The notes under the pieces were generated by a model that was not told the origin of the DNA, searched no databases, and saw only the letters and a list, made by a program, of their open reading frames with translations. Of a stretch of DNA of 64,000 nucleotides, positions 38,347-47,400 are shown piece by piece. The translations under genes and the position numbers were made by a program. How positions within the stretch are numbered: position 1 is the stretch's first letter; the number at the start of each line of letters is the position of its first letter. The stretch is from positions 192,001 to 256,000 of the forward strand of contig JAGVWE010000002.1 in NCBI GenBank assembly GCA_018304425.1. Direction: 5' to 3'. Source of the stretch: Candidatus Iainarchaeum sp. GTDB taxonomy: Archaea; Iainarchaeota; Iainarchaeia; Iainarchaeales; UBA10219.

Positions 38347-39618
38347 ATGAAAGCCTACGTCGCCACCTACGGGTGCAGCCTCAACAAGGCGGACGGCGAG
38401 CAACTGAAGGGGTTCCTGGCCGGCAAGGGCGCGAGCTTCTGCAAGCCTGGGGACGCCGACTTGCTGGTCATCAACACCTGCGCCGTCAAGCAAGTCACCG
38501 AGCAACGCATGCTCAGCCGCATCGAGCGGTTGTCCAAGTTGATGGAGAAGACGGGCAAGAAGCTGGTGGTCACGGGCTGCCTGCCCAAGGTCAGCCCCCA
38601 CAGGATAGCGGAAGCGGCGCCGGACGCCCTGCAGGTCGGACCCAGCCTCGCCGAGTTCTCCGAGAAAATGGGTTGGCCGCGCACGGAGGGCGGGCCGTTG
38701 AACCCGAAGCTCCGCGACAACCAATTCACGTCCATCATTGCACTCAACAAGGGCTGCGCCAGCCACTGCAGTTTTTGCGCGACCAAGCTTGCGCGGGGGA
38801 CTGTGGGGAGTTACGACGCCGAAGAACTGGTGCAACAGTTCCGCCACGCCGTGGCCGAGACCCCCGAAGTCTGGCTGACGAGCCCGGACACGGGAGCCTA
38901 TGGAATGGAAAAGGGGACGAACCTGCCGAAGCTCGTGCAGCGGCTGCTGGAGACGCCGGGAAAGTACCGGGTGCGCGTGGGCATGATGAACCCCCAACAC
39001 CTGCTGCGGTGGGTGGACGACTACCTGGACTTGTTCGAGGACGAGCGCCTCTACCGGTTCTTCCACGTGCCCGTGCAGGCGGGAAGCCCGCGCATGCTCG
39101 ACCTGATGCGACGCGGGTATAAAGTGGAGGACTTCCTGGAAGCGTGCGGGGCCATCCGGAAGCGGTACCCGGACGCCATGATTTCCACGGATGCCATCGT
39201 GGGTTTCCCCACCGAAACCGAGGACGAGTTCCGGGAAACCATGGACGTGGTTGAACGGGTGCAGCCGGAGATGGTGAACGTGTCCAGGTACGGGAAAAGG
39301 CCGGGCACCGTTGCGGCAAAGATGCCGGGGCAACTGACCGAGGAAGCGAAGAAAGCGCGGAGCCGGGAACTGGCCGCCGCGTGCCACCGAATCGTGGCGA
39401 AAAGGAACGCGGGACTGGTGAACCGGGAATTCGAGGTGCTGGTCACCGAGCACGGCCTGAAGGGCCGGTTCCTGGGCAGGAACCAGGACTATAAGCCGGT
39501 CATCCTCGAAGACGACTGGAGGGGAACGTTCGTGTGGGCGCGCGTGAAGCAAGCGGAAGGAGCGTACCTGGTCGGGGAAACCATGGAAAGCCTTTTATTC
39601 AACGCAAACGCGAGGTAA
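38347..39618 (+). CDS. tRNA t6A37 methylthiotransferase (MiaB/e-MtaB-like radical SAM, TRAM domain)
   Basis: TYGCSLN, NTCAVK, TGC, CxxxCxxC (CASHCSFC), IVGFPTET. Confidence 0.92.
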   Translation: MKAYVATYGCSLNKADGEQLKGFLAGKGASFCKPGDADLLVINTCAVKQVTEQRMLSRIERLSKLMEKTGKKLVVTGCLPKVSPHRIAEAAPDALQVGPSLAEFSEKMGWPRTEGGPLNPKLRDNQFTSIIALNKGCASHCSFCATKLARGTVGSYDAEELVQQFRHAVAETPEVWLTSPDTGAYGMEKGTNLPKLVQRLLETPGKYRVRVGMMNPQHLLRWVDDYLDLFEDERLYRFFHVPVQAGSPRMLDLMRRGYKVEDFLEACGAIRKRYPDAMISTDAIVGFPTETEDEFRETMDVVERVQPEMVNVSRYGKRPGTVAAKMPGQLTEEAKKARSRELAAACHRIVAKRNAGLVNREFEVLVTEHGLKGRFLGRNQDYKPVILEDDWRGTFVWARVKQAEGAYLVGETMESLLFNANAR

Positions 39619-39621
39619 GCC

Positions 39622-40293
39622 ATGGGCAAAAAAACGAGGGCAACCAAAAAAAACCGGGACACGCGGAAGAAGGGACGCACGGCAAAAAAACGCGCGGCCC
39701 CAGCCCAACGCATTTACCCACCAGGGTGGCCAGTCAAAGGAAAAGTCCTTTCGCGTGCCCACGGCGTCACCCAATGGCGCTGGCACTTGGGCAAACGCGA
39801 GCTCATGGAGAAAATTACGATGAACCCTGAGAGCGCCATGCCCGTGAGAATACTGGTAAGCGAACACCAAACAAAGCTGGCCAATGCCAGGCTCGAACGC
39901 CGGCAAGGGCCCTCGCTGCAGTCGGTTCCCCAACCGGTGCGCAGAATCATTGGCAACCGGGACTGCCTGGAAGCCAGCTGGTACCTGGACGCGGGTAAAC
40001 GGCGCAGGGATGCGCGGCTGGCGGCCCATGGCGCGCTCCCCGCCCTCGCCCAGGTCACGGGCAGGGGAATCGCGGGGCGAATCCTGGGCCCTGCAATCAC
40101 GGAAAACCTGCAGGCGCTGGTCAACCAGGGGAAGAAAAGCGTGGTCGTAATGGCGGCCATCCAGCGGGGCAATGTCCCAAGCGAGCGGATTGCCAAGAGA
40201 CAGGGGTTTGCGCTCAGGCACGTGACGCGGGAAGAAGCCGAGAACCAAACAATATACATGGGCTATTGGCTCAAAACCGTGCGCCCTCACTAA
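39622..40293 (+). CDS. GNAT-like acetyltransferase with Lys/Arg-rich leader (paralog 1)
   Basis: GRGIAGRI motif A and GNVPSERIAKRQGF motif B. Confidence 0.65.
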   Translation: MGKKTRATKKNRDTRKKGRTAKKRAAPAQRIYPPGWPVKGKVLSRAHGVTQWRWHLGKRELMEKITMNPESAMPVRILVSEHQTKLANARLERRQGPSLQSVPQPVRRIIGNRDCLEASWYLDAGKRRRDARLAAHGALPALAQVTGRGIAGRILGPAITENLQALVNQGKKSVVVMAAIQRGNVPSERIAKRQGFALRHVTREEAENQTIYMGYWLKTVRPH

Positions 40294-40327
40294 GCCTTTT
40301 ATTCCCGTGAAACCATAAGATATTCCT

Positions 40328-41068
40328 ATGGGACGGCCCCGACAACGCATATTCCGGTTCAAGCCCCAACCAGGAGAGAAAGCACCCCGCATGGAGCGGC
40401 CCACGGAAAAAAAGCGCGCACGCGCAAATGGAACGCGTGGCGGGCATGCCAGCGGGCATGCAACGCCAAGGGAAACCCAGCGCCAGTTCGGCTTCTTGTG
40501 GCCGGTGAAGGGCAGGCTGCTCGGCACCCGCAATGGAACGCGGCAGCGGCTGTGGCACCTGGGCGAGCGCGATTTGGTTGAACATGCGACGCTGAACTTC
40601 CACCCTGAAGCGCACGTGCAAGTGAAAATCGAAGTGAAACCACGGGATTCCTCTTTCGCCAACGCCCATGGCAGCCTGCAGCGGCGATGGGGACGCGGCA
40701 TCGAAGAGTTGCCGCCGGAAGTGCGGCGAATCGTGCGCGGCCAGGAGGTCGTGGAAGCGGCCTGGCACGTTGAACCCGAAATGCGGGAAGAGGATGAAGA
40801 ACGCCGGAGGCGGGGAAAACAAACCCTTGTGCTGGGGCGTGGCATCGCCGGCGGCATCGTGGCACCATCCCTAATGGAGACCGCGCAGGAACTCGCCAAC
40901 CACCGCAAAAAACCCGTCTGGGTGCTGGCCTCCATTTGGCAGGGCAACGAGTACAGCGAAGCAATCGCCAAGCGGCAAGGCTTCAAGTGCCGGCACCACG
41001 AATTGAAAGAATACGACCAGGATTCCCGTTACATTGGTTATTGGCTGAAGAAAGTGAGCCCCCACTAA
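40328..41068 (+). CDS. GNAT-like acetyltransferase with basic leader (paralog 2)
   Basis: GRGIAGGI, GNEYSEAIAKRQGF; shares WPVKG, WHLG.R and Y.GYWLK.V.PH with the upstream gene. Confidence 0.65.
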   Translation: MGRPRQRIFRFKPQPGEKAPRMERPTEKKRARANGTRGGHASGHATPRETQRQFGFLWPVKGRLLGTRNGTRQRLWHLGERDLVEHATLNFHPEAHVQVKIEVKPRDSSFANAHGSLQRRWGRGIEELPPEVRRIVRGQEVVEAAWHVEPEMREEDEERRRRGKQTLVLGRGIAGGIVAPSLMETAQELANHRKKPVWVLASIWQGNEYSEAIAKRQGFKCRHHELKEYDQDSRYIGYWLKKVSPH

Positions 41069-41126
41069 GCCCAGCCAAACAGTGAAGCTTAACTAGGGGG
41101 TCGCCGGTTGTTATTAGGGGGGTCAC

Positions 41127-41267
41127 GTGGAGCTTGCAAGAAATTTCCGGCCTTCAGGTAAATGGGTGGTGGTTGCCGTCATCCTAGTTATTGACGTGGT
41201 GGCAATAGGGACAAACTTGGGAGCCACGGGAGAGGCCATACGAAAGGCCCTTGGCCTAACGGCTTAG
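41127..41267 (+). CDS. Candidate 46-aa single-TM protein
   Basis: Manual translation MELARNFRPSGKWVVVAVILVIDVVAIGTNLGATGEAIRKALGLTA; G-rich RBS before the GTG. Confidence 0.5.
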   Translation: MELARNFRPSGKWVVVAVILVIDVVAIGTNLGATGEAIRKALGLTA

Positions 41268-41372
41268 GGAACTAAGAATTCCAGGCTTTTGGTGCCGAGG
41301 CAACGGAACCGTCGCACCAGGACGTGGGGAAAAGCAAAAGGGTTTTATTCCCTTTAGACACCAATATAGGCC

Positions 41373-42134
41373 ATGCAGGACGTCCTGGCAGAGGCGTGGA
41401 GAGAGTACCGGCACAACTTCAAGACCGGGCTCGCCTTCCTGTTGCTGCTGGTGTTCGTGCTGCCCTTCCTCTACCTGCACGGGTTCTACTTCTCGAGCGG
41501 CTCGGTCTTCGCGGACTACGACTTCGCGAAACTCGGCGTCGCGGAGCTGGTGGTTTCCCTGCTGGCCCTGCTCGCGTTCCTGTTCGCGTACTCTGTTTTT
41601 TTGACGCTCACCGTGTTCGCCGTGCGGAAGCGGTACAGCGCCGTGAAAGTGCATTATTTCTTGAGCGAGCAAATCCACAAGTTCGCGTTCAAGGTGTTCG
41701 CCTACCTAGTCATCGTGCTGGCGGCCGCGTGGCTGCTGGGCTGGGTGTGGCTGAGCCTCGGCCTCCCCATGGCGTGGCTGAGCGTGCTCTGGTTGCTGGT
41801 GGCGGTTGCGTTGATGTTCGTGCCGCAAGCCATTGTCATCGACGAACAAGACCTGCCCACGAGCATCGAGCGGGGCATTGAATTCGAGGCCAAGCACAAG
41901 AAGGACCTGGCAACGGTGCTGGCAACCGGGTTCGGGTTGACGATGGCGTTGGTGGGCGTGGAGTTTGTGGTGGACTACTATTTCTTCGTGGGCCGGTATG
42001 CGGCCCTCGTGCTCTCCCTGTTGTTCGTCATGCCCTTCTTCGAGGTGCTGAAGTCCATCCTCTACCTGCGCAAGTTCGAGTTGGTGCGAAGAGCCTACCA
42101 CGCGCACAAGCCCAGACACCATAAAAGCCGTTAA
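41373..42134 (+). CDS. Multi-pass membrane protein
   Basis: About six TM segments. Confidence 0.8.
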   Translation: MQDVLAEAWREYRHNFKTGLAFLLLLVFVLPFLYLHGFYFSSGSVFADYDFAKLGVAELVVSLLALLAFLFAYSVFLTLTVFAVRKRYSAVKVHYFLSEQIHKFAFKVFAYLVIVLAAAWLLGWVWLSLGLPMAWLSVLWLLVAVALMFVPQAIVIDEQDLPTSIERGIEFEAKHKKDLATVLATGFGLTMALVGVEFVVDYYFFVGRYAALVLSLLFVMPFFEVLKSILYLRKFELVRRAYHAHKPRHHKSR

Positions 42135-43849
42135 TTCCCTGTCTTAGGGGCTTCGGCAGGGGTTGGCGCTGACACGGGTTGCTTCATGAAGGTGATGAGC
42201 CGCGTGTTCTCGCCGAGGAACTCCTCGAGTTCCGAGCGCGTGGAAGCCATGTTCCGGAACACGAGCCGCTTCTTCGAGGTCGCGTTGAAGCGCTGGAACT
42301 CCTGTTGGACTTTCCTGGGCTCGGCGACGAAGCCGAGTTTCTCGGAGAGGTGCGCGGCAAACCGGTTGGTCGAGGCGTCATTGCGTTGCGCGGAAAACGA
42401 CCAGGACTCATCGAGGGCCCCGCACAGCTCGGCGAGGATGGACTGGGCTTCCTCCGCGTACTCTTTCTCAGAGAGGCCCTCCCGGAACGCGCGCGGTGCG
42501 TCAAACAAGCCGAACAAGTCCAGGGAATTGCCCGCCGAGGAAATGCCTGGCTCCAGGTGTTGGAGGTACACCCGGGACTTCAGGGTCTCGGCCTTGAGTT
42601 GGGCGAGCGAGGCCAGCGAGGAACAGAGTTCGTTGAGGCGGGCGTCGAACTGCTTCCGGCTGTCCTTGAATGACAGGGCCTGGAGGAGGAGGTTCAGCGA
42701 GGCATCGAAGGCAAGGAACGAGCTTGCATGCGAGCGCAGGCCGTTGAAGGGCCGGAAGGCCGAGGCACGGCAGTTCAGGAGATTCATTTTGCAGTCCGAG
42801 AACAAGCGGTTGTCCAAGAGCTTCAACTGGTACTTGCTTTCAACGCAGGTCACGAGGTCGAACCGCATGCCCTCGATGCCCTCGCAATAGACTCGAATGA
42901 ATTCGTTGGCGAAGTCAAAGGCCTGGTTGGACTGCTTGGAAAAGCCTTCCAGGTGCTCGCGAACGAACAAGTCCAGGCCCACCGAAGGCCGGGCAAAGGC
43001 CTGGGACGAAACCGGGTATAAAGCGTTTAAAACCCGGCATAAGAGGGTTGCGGCCGCTTTCAGGTTCTTCTTCCCCCGGGGCAACTGCCTGGACACCAGG
43101 ACGTTCAAGGCGTTGAGGTTCAGGGGAAGCGAGTGAAGGGGCTGCAACCTCGAAAAGTGTTCGACGAGGTCGGCCACGGCCGAACCCATGGAATCGCCGG
43201 AAAAAACGGGTTCCACGGAACAAGCCAGGGGCCTCGTGGAAAAGTCTTCCACGTGGGAAACGGAATAGTCGCAGGAAAAATGGAACTGCCGTTCCCTGGC
43301 AGGGATTACCTGCAACCAGTTGAATTCGAGGAGGACTTCCCTGTTGGCGAACGGCTCGTTCTCGATTTTTTTCCTCACCTCATAGACCGGCAGGCCCACG
43401 CGTGTGTACTGATTATGAATGGCTTCGTGGCCGTACTCGAGGAGCTTGACGTCCGCCATCTCCCGGATGAGCGGCGTGTTCAGGTAATTGATGTCCAGGT
43501 CCTTCACCTTGTCCTCGACCTCCGAGCCGATTTTTTCCGCGACCCCCCGCGTGATGTCGGTTTCCCGCAGAAGCGACTTGATGATGTTGCCCCGGTCAAA
43601 GGCCTCCATGCGTTCCGCGGACGTGTAGACGTGCAGCTTGTTGAAGGAGGCGTAGACCTGCGCGGCCCGCGGGTTCACGGTTTCCAGGAGCTGCAGGGTC
43701 TTGCGGCGCAAGCCGTCCAGGTTCATGTCCTGTTCCTCGCCGAGGGCCTTGATGATTTTGAGGACGTCCCACTTGCTGCAACCGGCTTCCTCGACTTCCT
43801 TGGCGATGAGTTGCACCGCGGTCCTGACGGGCTGCCCGGATTGCTCCAT
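42131..43849 (-). CDS. ATP-cone protein related to anaerobic ribonucleotide reductase NrdD, catalytically degenerate
   Basis: VYTSAERMEAFDRGNIIKSLLRET...PLIREM...YTRVGLPVYEV resembles the archaeal NrdD N-terminus; no C-terminal glycyl-radical R-x-x-G-Y motif. Confidence 0.7.
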   Translation of the reverse strand: MEQSGQPVRTAVQLIAKEVEEAGCSKWDVLKIIKALGEEQDMNLDGLRRKTLQLLETVNPRAAQVYASFNKLHVYTSAERMEAFDRGNIIKSLLRETDITRGVAEKIGSEVEDKVKDLDINYLNTPLIREMADVKLLEYGHEAIHNQYTRVGLPVYEVRKKIENEPFANREVLLEFNWLQVIPARERQFHFSCDYSVSHVEDFSTRPLACSVEPVFSGDSMGSAVADLVEHFSRLQPLHSLPLNLNALNVLVSRQLPRGKKNLKAAATLLCRVLNALYPVSSQAFARPSVGLDLFVREHLEGFSKQSNQAFDFANEFIRVYCEGIEGMRFDLVTCVESKYQLKLLDNRLFSDCKMNLLNCRASAFRPFNGLRSHASSFLAFDASLNLLLQALSFKDSRKQFDARLNELCSSLASLAQLKAETLKSRVYLQHLEPGISSAGNSLDLFGLFDAPRAFREGLSEKEYAEEAQSILAELCGALDESWSFSAQRNDASTNRFAAHLSEKLGFVAEPRKVQQEFQRFNATSKKRLVFRNMASTRSELEEFLGENTRLITFMKQPVSAPTPAEAPKTGN

Positions 43850-43950
43850 GAAGGGGTTTGGGCGCAAAAAATGCTTTAAATGGTGGGATGGGCCTTCGAA
43901 AAGCAAACTTTTTATACTGTAGCATGTTTGAATTGTAAAAGGTGCGTGGC

Positions 43951-44424
43951 TTGACGGTTTCACTTGACAAGATTGACCACATGATCATCCAGCGGCTCCT
44001 GGAAGACGGCCGGGTCTCGTTTTCCGCGGTCGCCAAGGAAGTCAGCCTCACGGACGTCGCGATCAAGAAGCGGGTGGACCGGCTCAAGCGGAAGGGCGTC
44101 ATCAACGCGATTACGGCTGACTTGAACCTGAAAGTGCTGGGCTACGAGAACCCCATCTACATCCAGATGCGCACCGAGCTCAGCAAGAACAAGGACGTCA
44201 TCAAGAAGCTCAAGGAATTCGACTTCATCTCGGAACTGTACCAGGTGCTGGGGGAATACAACCTGCTGGGCAAGCTCGTGGTGCCGGATTTGGACGCGGC
44301 CGAGAAATTCATCGGAAAGCTCGGCTTATTGGACGGCATCCTGGACATCAAGACCCAGGTCATCATCTCGGAGTTGAAGAAAACCAATTCCCTGCCGAGC
44401 CAGACCCTGCAGAAGACGCTTTGA
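43951..44424 (+). CDS. Lrp/AsnC-family regulator
   Basis: LDKIDHMIIQRLLEDGRVSFSAVAKEV, LGEYNLL. Confidence 0.92.
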   Translation: MTVSLDKIDHMIIQRLLEDGRVSFSAVAKEVSLTDVAIKKRVDRLKRKGVINAITADLNLKVLGYENPIYIQMRTELSKNKDVIKKLKEFDFISELYQVLGEYNLLGKLVVPDLDAAEKFIGKLGLLDGILDIKTQVIISELKKTNSLPSQTLQKTL

Positions 44425-44498
44425 ACGCGGCCGCGTTCCCGCATCCCGCATTCCCTTTTATAACTCCTACCGGTGGAATGAATTAGATTGGTGTCTGG

Positions 44499-47400
44499 TT
44501 GAAGGTCATCGTAAGCGAGAAAGCCATTGCGGGGCGGAGGATTGCCTCGATTCTCGCGGGCAGGGAAGTGCCGCAGTCCACGGAGGGAAAGGCGCCGGTC
44601 TTCTTGTTTGACAAGGACGGCGAAGAGTTCGTGGTCGTGCCCCTGCGCGGGCACATCGTGGACGTGGACTTCCCCAAGCGGTACAGTTACTGGCTTGGAA
44701 CCGACTTGAAGCAGTTGAACAACGCGGAAATCGAGTACGTGGCCACCGAGAAAGAGATTGCCGCTGCCCTCAAAAAGGTGGGCAAAAACGCGGAAGAAGC
44801 CATCATTGCCACGGACGCCGACCGCGAAGGCGAAGCCATTGGCGTCGAGGCCCTGCGGTTCATCCAGGAAGCCAACCCCAAGATACGCGTCAAAAGGGCC
44901 CTTTTCTCGGCGATTACCCCCAAGGACATCCAGGACGCGTTCGCCCAACCCGTCGAGGTGGACCACCACCTGGCGGACTCCGCGGACTCGCGCCGGGAAA
45001 TCGACTTGATTTGGGGCGCGGTCTTGACGCGGTTCATCTCCCTGGTGTCGGGGAGGCTGGGCAAGGAATTCCTCTCCGCGGGGAGGGTGCAGACGCCATC
45101 GGTTGATTATGCGGACGATTTGGTGGTCAAGTCCAGCGAAGGAAACGTCTCCATAGTGAAAATCGGTGCGTTTTGTGAGCGCTTCCTGGATAAACAGAAA
45201 CAGGAAATCGCCGGCTGCGAAGTGTACGACGTAAAATCCGAGGGCTTTGAAGCGTTTTCCTTCAATCCATTGACGTTAACGCTGGAGTTCAAGCCGTTGA
45301 CTGCCGTGGTGAGGCATCGACACGAGGAAGACTTGGTGAAAGTTGGTCTGGAGACGGGCCGTTGGACGCGAATAACCGGCACCCATTCCATTTTCGTGTT
45401 ACGGGACTCCAAGATAGAAATAGTGGTTGGCGGGGAACTACGAGAAGGAGACTTGGTACTGGCCCCGAAATGTATGCCGAGCCAGCCCGCTATTACCGAA
45501 ATAGACCTGCCGCACGCATTCAAGGCGCTCCCCCAAGAAGTGCAGGAAAAGGTCTTTATCACGGAGGCATTCATCCGAAAACGCGTGAGCCTCACGGACG
45601 CAGGCAGGAAATTCCTCAAAATGGCAAGAAAGGGGGCGGTAAGCGCTTATGGCTGCCTAAGCTCAACCATTTCCCAATGGGAAACGGGGAAAAAGAAAAG
45701 CGTGTCCTACCCGTTGCTCGCGAGGTATTTGCAAGCGCTAGGGCATGGTATGGAGTGGTTCTTGGCCAGCGAACTGGGCATGCTCGAGACACCGGTGAGG
45801 CAAGTGCTTTCGGTAGCCGAGTGGCATGCGAACGAAAGGTGCGCACACCTGGGCGAAAAGGCCAAGCTGTGCAGATACGATTATCGGTGGGCTTCTCCCC
45901 TGCATTTGCCGGTCACGAAGGAACTCATGCGCCTCATAGGGTACTACTTGGCGGAAGGGTCGCACGCGGGGCGCAACCTGAGCTTGGATTTCGGCCCGTC
46001 GGAAAATGCCTTGGCCGCGGATGCCGTGAATTGCATTGCCGCAGTATTCGGCAGAACACCAAAAATACATCGGAAACCAACTTCACTGCACATCAATTTT
46101 GGCGGGCATTTCGGGAAAACACTCTTCATGGACGTCTTAAAACTTGGGGAAAACGCGAGGCGCAAGGCACTTCCGAGCCTGGCATTCAACGTGGCAGACG
46201 AAATGAAAAAAGAACTCTTACATGGCTACTTTGAGGGAGACGGCAATTATTCCACCTCCGGGCAACTCCTGTGCCAGACGGCGTCGGAAGGCCTGGCATC
46301 CGGGCTCCTGTACTTGCTACTGCAACTGGGCATCCTTGCCACTTGCTCGCCCACCACAAACACGAGCCCCTTGCCCAACCAACCACCCGGAGGCATCAAA
46401 CCCAGGCACGGATTCAAAGTACGCGTGTCAGGAAAGCACAATCTCGAAAGGGCGCTGGAAATCGTTCCAGCACGCCACAAAGAACGAGTGCTCGCGTACC
46501 TTCAAGGTCAGACCACGCGATGCGGGTTTGACGGCATCCCCATTCACGAAACCGGACTCTCCCGGGTGTGGCCAAAGCTTTCATCAAACCACGCGCAACG
46601 GATAGGCAGCCAAGCGCTCCAAACACTTGTGGAAACAAAGGGGAACCGGCTTGCCTCCATTCAAATCCAACGATTGCAATGCCTTGCCAAAAGCGATTTG
46701 GCGTTTCTCCGGGTCAACCGCGTGGAACGCGTGAAGCCAACCACGCCATTCGTGTTCGATGTCAGCGTGGAAGACAACGAAAACTTTGTCGGCGGCCATG
46801 GAGGTGTTATACTGCACAACACCCTCGCGCTCATCGTCGACCGGGAGAAGGAACGCAAGGCGTTTAACAAGCAAAAGTTCTGGGTGTTGAACGCGGTCTT
46901 CGAAAAGGACCGGAAGCCATTCGAAGCAGAGCACAAGAGCGGGAGGTTCTGGGAGAAAGCCGAGGCCGAGAAAGCGTTCGGCGTCCGGGAAGCGAAGCAT
47001 GGAAAAGTAACCAAGGTGAGCAGCCAGAAGCGCAGCATCGCGAAACCCATTCCCTTCAACACCACGGGTTTCCTGCGCTCGGCCTCCGCCATCGGTTTCA
47101 CGGCCGGGGAGGCCATGAACTGCGCGGAAACCCTTTACCAGATGGGTTTGACTTCCTATCCCCGCACGGACAACACGGTGTACTCCAAGAACCTGGACTT
47201 GAAAGCGGTTTTGCAGGAACTCGGGAAGTGCGTGGAGCTCTCGGCCGAGGTGCAGAAAATCCTGGCCCTGGGACGGATTGACCCCTCGGCTGGCAAGGAG
47301 TCCAAGGACCATCCCCCCATCCACCCGGTGAGCGCCGCACAGAAGGGCAAGCTGGCGGAAAGGCAGTGGAAAATCTATGAACTGATTGTCAGAAGGTTCC

